Virus record (IMG/VR): IMGVR_UViG_3300043775_001834
Span: 1 to 64,000 of that record
Source: a virus
Direction: 5' to 3' (one strand)
DNA: 64,000 nucleotides
Numbering within the stretch: the stretch's first letter is position 1; the number at the start of each line of letters is the position of its first letter. The notes under the pieces were generated by a model that made no database searches, had not been told where the DNA came from, and saw only the letters and a list, made by a program, of their open reading frames with translations. Positions 26,455 to 35,932 of the stretch are shown one piece after another. The position numbers and the translations under genes are program-made.

Positions 26455-28124
26455 TGAGAATCGAATCAATATCTTTTAAGAATTTCAATTCATACGGCAA
26501 TCAATTACAACATATTGAATTTGCTGAAACCCGAGGAGATTTATATCTCCTTTTAGGTGGTAATGGCCATGGAAAATCAACGATAGCTGAAGTAATTACT
26601 TTTGCTCTATATGGTAGAATCGAAAAGAAAAACAAATCGGATTTACCAAATCGTATCAATAAAAATCTTTGGTGTAAGATAGTTCTTCGATGCAAAAATA
26701 AAAAAGTAGAAATCAGTAGAGGAGTTTCTCCTGGTTTATTTGAAGTACTTATTGATGGTCTACCATATGAGACTGCAGGTAATTCAAATGTACAAGATTA
26801 TTTAGAACTTGAAATGTTTGACATACCATATCAGGTCTTTAAAAATATTATTGTATTGTCCATTAACGATTTTAGATCGTTCCTTACGATGTCACCTGGA
26901 GACAAGAGAAACATCATCGATAGGCTCTTTGGCTTCACTTTAATTAATCAAATGAAAGATTCCGTAAGAAATGAGCGTAAAGAAATCCGAGAGCAAGTAA
27001 AAACTTTACAAGATGAATTAGGCGTTATTGAAGACGGAATTGAGTCTATCAATGAAAAAATCAAAAATCTAGAAGAAACTAAGAAAGAAGATAAAACTAA
27101 ATTAGCTCAAGAATTTAGAGATAAAATTGTTGAATTGATAGAGTCTAAAAAGAAAATTGAAGAAAATCTTACAAAATTAAAGGCAGCCGAAAAGAGCATA
27201 TCGAAAGTATTTGATGAAAAGAAAACCGAATTTGGTGCTTTAGGATATGAATTAAAATCTATCGACGAAAAAATAAACCTGTATGAAAATTCTCAATGTC
27301 CTACTTGCGGTTCGTCTTTTGATACTGCCGATCATATTCATACCCAAGAACTTTTATCAGAAAGCAAATCAGCTAAGAAAACAGAATTTGAAATACTAAA
27401 AGCTGACCTCACCGAAAGTAAAACTAAAATAGATTCAGTAAAAGAGAAAGTAAAAGAAATGGATTCTAGTATGACTAGAATAGGTATGTTAGTTAATCAA
27501 TACAAGAGAGAAGTAGAAAAAGCAGTAACCGAAAGTAAAGAATTAGATTCAGAATATCTTCAACAATTGGTAGTTGAAAATGTTACAAAAAGAGAAGATA
27601 AAAGAAAATCTCATTCGGCTAAATCAATGGAAGATAATTTCCTAGAAACAGTAGAAGCTGTACTCGGTGAAGACGGAGTTAAGAATTTAGCAATGAAGAC
27701 TATCTTACCTTCATTGAATCAAAACATCTCAAATATGAGTAAACAAATGCATTTACCATATTCGGTTAAATTTAATGACAAATTTGATTGTGTAATAAAT
27801 GCATTAGGCGAAGAGATTAATCCTCGAAGTATGTCAACCGGTGAAAGAAAGAAAGCAGATTTTATCATCATTATTGCTTTGTTAAAAATCCTTAAGATTA
27901 GATATCCTTCATTAAATATTCTTTTTTTAGATGAGATTTTCTCTTCGGTAGATTCTGCCGGTGTTTATGAGATTGTTAAAATCCTAAACGAAGTATCAAA
28001 AGAAAATAATCTGAACACTTGGGTAATTAATCATACGGAATTACCTATGGAGCTTTTTGATAAAAAGGTAGAAGCAATTAAAGAAGGTGGATTCTCAAAA
28101 CTTATCATAGAAAACATCACATAA
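26454..28124 (+). CDS. gp46: Recombination ATPase subunit (gp46/Rad50/SbcC-like)
   Basis: GGNGHGKST, CPTC zinc hook, MSTGE, FLDEIF. Confidence 0.92.
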   Translation: MRIESISFKNFNSYGNQLQHIEFAETRGDLYLLLGGNGHGKSTIAEVITFALYGRIEKKNKSDLPNRINKNLWCKIVLRCKNKKVEISRGVSPGLFEVLIDGLPYETAGNSNVQDYLELEMFDIPYQVFKNIIVLSINDFRSFLTMSPGDKRNIIDRLFGFTLINQMKDSVRNERKEIREQVKTLQDELGVIEDGIESINEKIKNLEETKKEDKTKLAQEFRDKIVELIESKKKIEENLTKLKAAEKSISKVFDEKKTEFGALGYELKSIDEKINLYENSQCPTCGSSFDTADHIHTQELLSESKSAKKTEFEILKADLTESKTKIDSVKEKVKEMDSSMTRIGMLVNQYKREVEKAVTESKELDSEYLQQLVVENVTKREDKRKSHSAKSMEDNFLETVEAVLGEDGVKNLAMKTILPSLNQNISNMSKQMHLPYSVKFNDKFDCVINALGEEINPRSMSTGERKKADFIIIIALLKILKIRYPSLNILFLDEIFSSVDSAGVYEIVKILNEVSKENNLNTWVINHTELPMELFDKKVEAIKEGGFSKLIIENIT

Positions 28125-28132
28125 GAAAGGTG

Positions 28133-28140
28133 GATATATA
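28133..28140 (+). promoter_or_regulatory. Late promoter GATATATA
   Basis: Recurrent intergenic motif. Confidence 0.65.
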
Positions 28141-28158
28141 CTAAAATAAATCCAATAA

Positions 28159-29364
28159 GTGTCAGCATACGATTTACATTTTAATAAAGATAATGTCGCT
28201 CTACGTAACATTATAGTAGGAAGCTTAGCTACCCTATCAAATCATATAGGGTGGAATAATCAAATAGGAACCTCAATCGAAAAAAAAGTTCCTATTAAGG
28301 TTCCTTTTTATTTTAGCACAACTGGATCAGAAAGATATTTAAACGACAATTTCCTTAATAATATAGATTTCGACCCTCAACTTTTACAAGCTGAATCATT
28401 TTATAATCAAATTCCCAGAGGGATTGTAGATTTCTCTTCATTTTCTATTGAAACTCAGGCCATTACTAACAAATATGTTAGAATGGACCATATTGTACAA
28501 GAGGATAATGGAACGTTAAATCAATACAATTCAGAAGCCTTTATGGTTCCTATTTTGATGTCTTTAAAAATTGAAATTTATGTAGATTCAATTTTAGATC
28601 AGCTTAAATGTTCAGAAGCAATTATTAGAACTTTCTATAAAGCAAAATCTTATAATGTAGATATCGGTTACACTAGAATTCCATGTCTTATGTTATTTCC
28701 TGATGAATTAACTCAAGAACGAGCAGTTGAATTTTCATTTACTGATAAAAAAGAATTCAAAATTATTTTTGATATCGACATTAAATCATATATTCCAGTA
28801 TTCAAAGATGGAACTATGATATTTGCTGGTAATAATATGGGCAATATTCAATCAAATATTTCAGTTTCTAGTGATATTCAAGTCTCTACTTCGTTAACGA
28901 CAAACGATCCAGGAAAAAGAATTACTGATAATGCTATATCATCAAATAGTAGCTCAGTTGGTGAAATGAGTGGTATAAATTCCGACCCTAATACTAACAG
29001 TTATATTGGGCAATCTGGATATAATTGGAAAGGAGTTTGGACCCCTGGTGCTACATACTCATCTACAACTACAATTCCGTTAGGAACTCCTACTCCAAAC
29101 GGTTTACCTACACCAGGACAAACTATCGGCGAAGGAGTAGAGATCGGAGTAATTGTAGGAGACTTGGTAGTTTATGATGGAGTATCATACAATTGTATTT
29201 CTGATATAACCGACGTAACTGATCCGGTAATTGCAGCATTACCACCGTCTTTAAATCCTACTTATTGGAGTCCTTACGTTGCTCCAGTAACCCCATATAA
29301 TAGACCATTAGGACCAATTCCTTCATGGCCAACCGGTGAAGACCCGTCAGTCACAAACACCTAA
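28159..29364 (+). CDS. gp15: Tail sheath stabilizer/terminator (gp15-like) with C-terminal Pro/Thr-rich and CBM-like extension
   Basis: HFN...LRNIIVG, IKVPFYF, IPRG, EAIIRTF; C-terminal WKGVWTPGATY...GDLVVYDGVSYNCI...YW. Confidence 0.6.
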   Translation: MSAYDLHFNKDNVALRNIIVGSLATLSNHIGWNNQIGTSIEKKVPIKVPFYFSTTGSERYLNDNFLNNIDFDPQLLQAESFYNQIPRGIVDFSSFSIETQAITNKYVRMDHIVQEDNGTLNQYNSEAFMVPILMSLKIEIYVDSILDQLKCSEAIIRTFYKAKSYNVDIGYTRIPCLMLFPDELTQERAVEFSFTDKKEFKIIFDIDIKSYIPVFKDGTMIFAGNNMGNIQSNISVSSDIQVSTSLTTNDPGKRITDNAISSNSSSVGEMSGINSDPNTNSYIGQSGYNWKGVWTPGATYSSTTTIPLGTPTPNGLPTPGQTIGEGVEIGVIVGDLVVYDGVSYNCISDITDVTDPVIAALPPSLNPTYWSPYVAPVTPYNRPLGPIPSWPTGEDPSVTNT

Positions 29365-29380
29365 CTAACATATTAACTAA

Positions 29381-29388
29381 GATATATA
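29381..29388 (+). promoter_or_regulatory. Late promoter GATATATA
   Basis: Recurrent intergenic motif. Confidence 0.65.
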
Positions 29389-29408
29389 AATAAAAATTTA
29401 GTCTATCA

Positions 29409-30407
29409 ATGTCAAACATTAAATCATACGAGCAATTCGTAAATGAGAATCTATTCGGTCAATATTCATATTACGGAGCCGGTTCTTTATTTCCTATTGT
29501 TCAAAAACTAGCATCTGAAGGAAAAAATCCTGAACAGATATACCTTTTCTTGACTACAATAGGAGTTGATGAAGAGAGAAAAATAAGCGTACTTAAAAAA
29601 GTATTCTTAAACGAATCAATAGACGCTAATACATTAAGTGAAGCATCTAGAAGTAAATTCAAAGGAAAAACTGCACATGACCTTTATACTCAAATGAATG
29701 GAAAAACATTTGAAGTTTTTATTAAAAATGATTGGTATAGCGTAGATCCAGAAGAATTAAAAGGTGAAAAGGGAACTTCATTTACCGGATATACTAGAGA
29801 TGGATCAGATTATGGATTCGATGTTAAAGATATAGATTTTATTCAAGAATCTAAAGAAGTTAGCGAAGGTGGTCTTTATGAAGAAGACGATATCCTTAAA
29901 GCTGATACGAAAGATTTAGCAAAAGGAATTGCACCTGATAAAGCTAAAGCCGACGATGAAGTAAAAGATGCAATCGACAAATTAAAAAATGACGATAAAG
30001 AAAAGAAAGCTACAGAAGAAAAACCAGAGAGTGAAGTTCCTGATGAAACTGCAAAAATCGAAGCTTTAAAAGATGCTTTAAAGGATGCTCAGAAAATGGA
30101 AAAAATCAAAAAGATTCTTTCTGAATCTATGGGTTTTGATATGACTGGTCTTGAAGATGAAGTTCTAGAATCTGTTTTAGAATATCATAAAGTTCTTGAG
30201 AAATTATCTCAAACCGAAAGAGATAAATTGAAACCTACGGATTTTGTATTTCCTGATCGTAAATCCTGGCCAATACATGATGAGAAACATGCAAAAACTG
30301 CATTAGTTTGGGCTACATGGCCACAATATGCAGACTTGAAAAAACAAGTAGTTGCATCGGTTTTAAAAAGATATCCTAACCTTAAAGACGTAGGAGCTGC
30401 TAAATAA
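29409..30407 (+). CDS. Putative internal head protein, multi-module
   Basis: MSNIKSYEQFVNE leader; several internal LNE/LSE/LE sites; C-terminal RDKLKPTDFVFPDRKSWPIHDEKHA module. Confidence 0.65.
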   Translation: MSNIKSYEQFVNENLFGQYSYYGAGSLFPIVQKLASEGKNPEQIYLFLTTIGVDEERKISVLKKVFLNESIDANTLSEASRSKFKGKTAHDLYTQMNGKTFEVFIKNDWYSVDPEELKGEKGTSFTGYTRDGSDYGFDVKDIDFIQESKEVSEGGLYEEDDILKADTKDLAKGIAPDKAKADDEVKDAIDKLKNDDKEKKATEEKPESEVPDETAKIEALKDALKDAQKMEKIKKILSESMGFDMTGLEDEVLESVLEYHKVLEKLSQTERDKLKPTDFVFPDRKSWPIHDEKHAKTALVWATWPQYADLKKQVVASVLKRYPNLKDVGAAK

Positions 30408-30416
30408 TATAACGAT

Positions 30417-30749
30417 ATGAACACAATATTAAGTTTTAAAGAATTTATTAATGAAGCCGATGAAGTATCGGTTGATAAAATTTTAACATCTGCCGAAAAG
30501 AAAAAACTTAAAAACGCTTTTGAATCCGTTATAACCGGAGTAGATAAATTAACATTTAAAAAAGATGGTACTATCGTAGGTAAACGAGGATATTTTTACA
30601 GACATGGTCAATCACCTCAAAGTGTTGCGGATAAATTAAAAGGAGCTTTAAGCAGTCAAGGAATTGAAATACAAATTGTTGATTCATATGATGATTTTAA
30701 ACCTTGGCCTAAAGATAGTAACTTTGTAGTTGTATTTAAAATAATATAA
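30417..30749 (+). CDS. Putative internal head protein
   Basis: MNTILSFKEFINEA leader. Confidence 0.65.
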   Translation: MNTILSFKEFINEADEVSVDKILTSAEKKKLKNAFESVITGVDKLTFKKDGTIVGKRGYFYRHGQSPQSVADKLKGALSSQGIEIQIVDSYDDFKPWPKDSNFVVVFKII

Positions 30750-30752
30750 AAC

Positions 30753-31430
30753 ATGAATAATTTACCTTCATATGAAGATTTCATCTTAGAGTCATTAATC
30801 CTTGAAGCTACTCAAAAAGACTTACAAAGAATTAACGATATCGTTACAAAATCAAAAGGCGATGAATCTAAAATGTTAATGTTAGCTAACACTATGTGTA
30901 AGTTAATTACTGATAAAAATAAAGCATTTGATAGAGGAGTTGCTGCCGATCAAATACTTGGATCTGGACATCCGGTAACAAAAGTATTTTTCGATAGAGC
31001 TGCTGGATTAGGAATGGATGTTGATAAATCAATGAATTCTGTTCATGTCTTACCCGGTTCAAAAAGACCTTCATCTGAACAATTCAAAACTTCTAGACAA
31101 TTTACTGGAGGTTATAGAGGTGGTGGTTGTGCTATTTTACCGTGTGGTAGTTTAAATCTTACTTCTGGTGAAAATAAATATTTCAACGTTAAAACTAACG
31201 GTTCTTCTACTATTGAAGTTTGGAAAACTAATGGTGATGAAAAATATAGAGCAGTAATCACAGCTGGTTCTAATCCATTATGGCAAATAGGAACTCAAGG
31301 ACATTTCAGTCACGATCAAACCGGAAGACCGTTATTTACTGGTACTATGGTAGATTACATTGAATCTGCACACATGGAAGCATTAATACCTCTTTATGGT
31401 AAATCTATTACATGTGCTGTGTATAAATAA
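30753..31430 (+). CDS. Putative internal head protein
   Basis: MNNLPSYEDFILESLILEA leader. Confidence 0.65.
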   Translation: MNNLPSYEDFILESLILEATQKDLQRINDIVTKSKGDESKMLMLANTMCKLITDKNKAFDRGVAADQILGSGHPVTKVFFDRAAGLGMDVDKSMNSVHVLPGSKRPSSEQFKTSRQFTGGYRGGGCAILPCGSLNLTSGENKYFNVKTNGSSTIEVWKTNGDEKYRAVITAGSNPLWQIGTQGHFSHDQTGRPLFTGTMVDYIESAHMEALIPLYGKSITCAVYK

Positions 31431-31457
31431 TAAAATACAAAAAAACCAATATAAAAC

Positions 31458-33122
31458 ATGTCAAAATTAAAAACTACTTTTGATTCTGCATCTCTTAAAG
31501 CTAAATTCTCTGAATTACTTGAAAGTATCGACAGAAACAATACATCGAAATTGATTGTCGAAAGACACTATGGTAACATAGCTTCATTAGAAATTGCTGA
31601 AGGTTCTGTTTCTGCTAAAGATGCTTATGCTGAATTAATCGGTAAAGGTGTTGAACAAAACAGAGCTAAACATATTGCTACCGCTTCAACTTTATCAGAA
31701 GCTAAAACTCAAATCGCAGATTCTTATCTTTTAGGTAGAATAGCTATTCTTGAGTCAGCAATCAAAGAATTGAATGCTTATTCTTGGATGCCACAAATTA
31801 AAACTTTCATCACAGAAGGACAAGAATTTATCAAAGCTAATCAAATTTATATTCTTATTGAATCTATAATTAGAGACTTAGAATTAGATAGAAACAAAGC
31901 TTATTACACAAAAGCTATTAATTCTCTTAGAGAAGCTTCTAATGCTGAAAATCCTACATTTGCAGTAATTGAAGGTTTAGAAACAGAAGTTTGGATTCCT
32001 ATCGTTAAAAGACTTTACGAGTATTGTTCAGCTCAAAAAGGAGAAGTTAATGGACAAAATCCTAACTTTAAAGTTCAAAAAATATATTCACCAATCGAAA
32101 CTATTGATGAAAATACTTTTGCTTTTTATTCTTCAGGTAAATTCTTAGAAATTAAAGGAAACACAATTTCAGAATCAGCTTTTACTGGTAATAACGATTT
32201 CAATTCTTTAGTTAAGATTACTGAATCTTCTAAATTTGGAGATAATCAAATGAGAATGTACCCTAATCCTAATTCAGTATTAGATATCACATTTGGTGAA
32301 CAACCTAAAGTTACACTCAATGGTAAACTTGTTGAATCTACTTCACTTGCTACTCAATTAGTTACTTCTGGCTTCGTTAGATTTAATGAACAAGATAAAC
32401 TTGCTCTTATTCAAAGAGCAGTAAATGAAGGTTCTAAAGTTAAAGAACTTGATTTCGGTTATAAAGTAATTTCTTCAGTTTTTGAAGGTCTTTCAGTTTC
32501 TATATTCAATGTTGAGGATAGAGTATTTGTACAAAAGATAAACAAAGGAATGAAAGAAAATTCTCTTGTTGAAGCTTCTTCGGCTAATGAAGCAGTTGAA
32601 ATGGTAAAAGATTTTATGAATTATGATATAACTGAATCGTTATCTCATTTAGTTGAAAATGAAAAAGCTGAAATTTCTAGAAAAAATGCTGAACTTGGAA
32701 AAGTTGAAAGTAGAATCAAATTTATCATCGAAAAACTTGCTGATATAGATGCTGCGGAAAGAACTTTAGGAAAATCAGAATTTATCGATCAAGCAAAACA
32801 ATTGCTAGAATCTCAAATTAAAGAACAAAACGTAATTCTTGCCAAATTAAAAGGTGAGGTTGTTGAAGGCGTTGAAACTCCTTTCTTACCTAAAGCTGGT
32901 GAAACCGCAGTTCCTGGAACAATTCCAGTACAATCAGTTGCAGATTTAGTTGCAGGTAAAGAATATACAATTAAAGGTGCTGCAGGTTACATATTTGTAG
33001 GTGATGCTGATGGAGCTTATATATTCAATCAGAAAAATCTTGAAACTAACTCACAACCTTTGCATATGACTGAGATAGAGGTGCTTGCCGCAATTAAAAA
33101 CGGCGAAATCACTTGCTGTTAA
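31458..33122 (+). CDS. Large hypothetical virion/prohead-associated protein
   Basis: TATAAATA at 31422; codon use similar to capsid gene; many ITE/VNE/LVE sites. Confidence 0.55.
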   Translation: MSKLKTTFDSASLKAKFSELLESIDRNNTSKLIVERHYGNIASLEIAEGSVSAKDAYAELIGKGVEQNRAKHIATASTLSEAKTQIADSYLLGRIAILESAIKELNAYSWMPQIKTFITEGQEFIKANQIYILIESIIRDLELDRNKAYYTKAINSLREASNAENPTFAVIEGLETEVWIPIVKRLYEYCSAQKGEVNGQNPNFKVQKIYSPIETIDENTFAFYSSGKFLEIKGNTISESAFTGNNDFNSLVKITESSKFGDNQMRMYPNPNSVLDITFGEQPKVTLNGKLVESTSLATQLVTSGFVRFNEQDKLALIQRAVNEGSKVKELDFGYKVISSVFEGLSVSIFNVEDRVFVQKINKGMKENSLVEASSANEAVEMVKDFMNYDITESLSHLVENEKAEISRKNAELGKVESRIKFIIEKLADIDAAERTLGKSEFIDQAKQLLESQIKEQNVILAKLKGEVVEGVETPFLPKAGETAVPGTIPVQSVADLVAGKEYTIKGAAGYIFVGDADGAYIFNQKNLETNSQPLHMTEIEVLAAIKNGEITCC

Positions 33123-33137
33123 AAACAAATTTCAATT

Positions 33138-33359
33138 ATGAAACTATCCACATTTGATGAATGGTTAAATGAATCGAAATCAGATGAATTTGTAAATGCT
33201 ACACTAACATCTCCTTTTAAAATGATTAAAAAAGGAGATGTAGTTAAAGTAAATGCTTTACAATACACTAAGAGTGGAGATTCTGATAAAATAGAAATCA
33301 TTTTGCCTAATGGGAAATCTGAATTAATAGATAAAAAGTTTTTAGTAGTTAAATTCTAA
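33138..33359 (+). CDS. Putative internal head protein (small, beta-rich)
   Basis: MKLSTFDEWLNES leader. Confidence 0.6.
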   Translation: MKLSTFDEWLNESKSDEFVNATLTSPFKMIKKGDVVKVNALQYTKSGDSDKIEIILPNGKSELIDKKFLVVKF

Positions 33360-33371
33360 AACCTCAAATCA

Positions 33372-33731
33372 ATGTCAATTTACGTAAAACCAAAAGAACT
33401 CTACGAGGAAATATGCATTTCCTTAAAACAAGAAAAATTAACCAAGAAGGCAGAAGAAATGCTTATCTTAATTGCATATCGAGCTAATACGAGATTAACG
33501 TATGAAGATCCGATGGACCGAGAAGATTGTATAGCTTTTGCCCTTTTGGATTTGTTTAAATACTGGAAATCATTTAAGCCAGAAAAAACTAAAAACGCAT
33601 TTTCCTATTTTACTCAAATAGCTAAAAATGGATATGCTAAAGGATGGAATAAATTACATCCAGGAAAATACAAAGGAACTATATCTCTAAGTGGAGGTAA
33701 TGGTGATTCCGAAGGTATTTATTCCGTTTAA
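33372..33731 (+). CDS. gp55: Late transcription sigma factor (T4 gp55-like)
   Basis: YVKPKELY, LILIA, REDCIA, FKPEKTKNAFSYFTQIA parallels gp55 YVNNKEL...FDETKYKNPHAYITQ. Confidence 0.8.
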   Translation: MSIYVKPKELYEEICISLKQEKLTKKAEEMLILIAYRANTRLTYEDPMDREDCIAFALLDLFKYWKSFKPEKTKNAFSYFTQIAKNGYAKGWNKLHPGKYKGTISLSGGNGDSEGIYSV

Positions 33732-33744
33732 AATAACAACCGCG

Positions 33745-34272
33745 ATGAATCGTCTTTTAAAATTTGCTGATTTTGTTAATGAGGCAGTTAGCTTAGCTAA
33801 ATTAAATCGAGTATATGCTATGACTCCGGAATGGTGGTCAGCTTGGAAGCTTGAAAATATAGAAAAGTACAATTTTGAACAGGATGCCTTTTCGAAAACT
33901 TTTAATGTATATGATGTAAATAAGAAATTAGTTTTTGTTTTTGATTATGCTAGAAGTAAAATATTTACTAACGAAACACCTTCTACTTTTATTCTTCATG
34001 ACGAATTAACTCAAGAAGAAATGAATAAAGTTAAGGATAAAGCAGAAAAAATACAAAATCCTGAAGCTTTAGATGCTCAAAAAGATTTAAAAAGGGAATT
34101 AGAAAAAAATCCACCTAAGAAAAAAGAAGGCAAAGAAGTTGAAGAAGCTGAAATGGTCGGTACCGGAACATTAAATCCTGTATCTGCTGCAGATTCAAAT
34201 CCTAAAGTTACTGGATATAGAAACACCACCGATTCTGCATCTGGAGGAAGTTACCCAACATATATTGGATAA
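33745..34272 (+). CDS. Putative internal head protein (start revised to ATG 33745)
   Basis: MNRLLKFADFVNEA leader. Confidence 0.6.
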   Translation: MNRLLKFADFVNEAVSLAKLNRVYAMTPEWWSAWKLENIEKYNFEQDAFSKTFNVYDVNKKLVFVFDYARSKIFTNETPSTFILHDELTQEEMNKVKDKAEKIQNPEALDAQKDLKRELEKNPPKKKEGKEVEEAEMVGTGTLNPVSAADSNPKVTGYRNTTDSASGGSYPTYIG

Positions 34273-34303
34273 ATATAAAAAACAAAAACAATAATAAATT
34301 AAA

Positions 34304-34660
34304 ATGAAAAAATTATTATCATTTGACGAGTTCGTAAACGAACATTACAAAATTCAAGAAGCTACCGACGCTGATGGATTTGACCCACAAAATACTACCG
34401 GAGTAGATCCAACAGGACCAGCTTTAACTTCTGTTTCTGAATTACTTCCTGGTAAAGAATATGTTATCACTGTAGATGATACTGTTAATACTGATATGAT
34501 ATATCAAGGTGTAACTGATGGAGTTCACATTTTTAATGGTGAAGATAAAGCTAATGATATTCAGTATACTGATACTGAAATTGCTGATGTTATCGCTAAA
34601 GGTGGATTTGTACAAGTTTTAGAAGGTAATTCTTCTGAAAGTGTAGCTACTGAAGAGTAA
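34304..34660 (+). CDS. Putative internal head protein; shares a module with C-terminus of 31458-33122
   Basis: MKKLLSFDEFVNE leader; SVSELLPGKEYVI...YQGVTDGVHIFN; GATAAATA at 34268. Confidence 0.6.
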   Translation: MKKLLSFDEFVNEHYKIQEATDADGFDPQNTTGVDPTGPALTSVSELLPGKEYVITVDDTVNTDMIYQGVTDGVHIFNGEDKANDIQYTDTEIADVIAKGGFVQVLEGNSSESVATEE

Positions 34661-34668
34661 TTTAAACT

Positions 34669-35145
34669 ATGCATTCAATAAAAAGTAATAAACCTTCTAA
34701 AAAATCAGGGTTTATTCAAGGATATTTCAATATTAACGAATGCAAAAAATATTCAGGAAGTGGTCCTATCATATATCGATCTTCGTGGGAAAAGAAATTT
34801 TGTCTATATTGTGAAAGAAATCCGGAGATACTTAGTTGGTCTTCGGAATCTTTTTCAATCCCTTATTTTCTTCCGTTGGACAACAAATATCATAAATACT
34901 TCCCTGACTACATATTGAGGCTTTCTAGTGGTGAAATTATCATCGTAGAAATTAAACCAAAAGCTCAATTACTAAAGCCAACTTTACCTGTTAGAAAAAC
35001 CGCTAAGGCATTAAATTCCTATAAATGGAGTTACGAAACTTGGATTACTAATCTAAGTAAAAAGAATGCCGCTGAAGCCTATTCTAAAGCTAGAGGTTGG
35101 AAATTCATATATGTTACGGAAGATTTTTTCAAAGGTAAATCATGA
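34669..35145 (+). CDS. gp4: Head completion nuclease (T4 gp4-like)
   Basis: KYSG..PIIYRSSWE, WSSE, YFPDY, EIKPK, N..K..AA. Confidence 0.85.
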   Translation: MHSIKSNKPSKKSGFIQGYFNINECKKYSGSGPIIYRSSWEKKFCLYCERNPEILSWSSESFSIPYFLPLDNKYHKYFPDYILRLSSGEIIIVEIKPKAQLLKPTLPVRKTAKALNSYKWSYETWITNLSKKNAAEAYSKARGWKFIYVTEDFFKGKS

Positions 35146-35885
35146 ATCCAGTATTAGACTTTTTACAAGACATCATTAAGTTACTTACTCTGCAATCTAA
35201 AATGGGTTCAGATAAAGAAGAAGAAGTAATTAATAATTCCAAGGATGCATACAAATGGCTGATGGATCAGATGAAGGATTCTAGAAATACTCGGGTTCAA
35301 ATCAATAAAGATTCAGGATTCCAAAAGGGTAAGATTTACATTTTTAAATATAACGCAAAACATAAATCTACTTTAGATTATTGGGATAAACATCCAATAG
35401 TTTTGTGTTTAGGTATGATTAATACTTCTAAAGGAAAACTAATGATAGGTTTAAATATTAGTTGGTATCCGCCAGCTGCTAGAAAATATATCGTAGAAAA
35501 GATTAGACTTATGTATAAGCCAGGTTATTCTTCTGCAATTAAGGCTAAATCCTTAAAAGCTAATGAGCAACCTCCGATTGCTCTCGATTTATACTCTTTA
35601 CAAACTGCTCTCGATCAAGTTGGTCTATCGTTTGCTTTAAGGCAATACATTCCTTCATTAGTAATTTCACCGAAAGTCTGTATATGTTATGAAGATTGGG
35701 ATAAAGCAGTACAACTCGATCAACCTAGAATATTTCCTGAACTTATGATAAATGCTTCAGGTACTAGTTTAAGTAGTATTTATGAAGATTATGAGAAACA
35801 TATTCAATATCTACGTAATAATAGAGGCGAGATTAAAGCATCTAGAGATATTGCTAAAAAGAAAAATAAATACACTTTTCTATAG
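35142..35885 (+). CDS. gp2: DNA end protector protein (T4 gp2-like)
   Basis: GKIYIFKYNAKHK..LDYWDKHPIV, GLNISWYPP. Confidence 0.8.
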   Translation: MNPVLDFLQDIIKLLTLQSKMGSDKEEEVINNSKDAYKWLMDQMKDSRNTRVQINKDSGFQKGKIYIFKYNAKHKSTLDYWDKHPIVLCLGMINTSKGKLMIGLNISWYPPAARKYIVEKIRLMYKPGYSSAIKAKSLKANEQPPIALDLYSLQTALDQVGLSFALRQYIPSLVISPKVCICYEDWDKAVQLDQPRIFPELMINASGTSLSSIYEDYEKHIQYLRNNRGEIKASRDIAKKKNKYTFL

Positions 35886-35932
35886 TAATCATTTCAACAC
35901 GAATATATACTTAAACCCATAATAATAAACTT

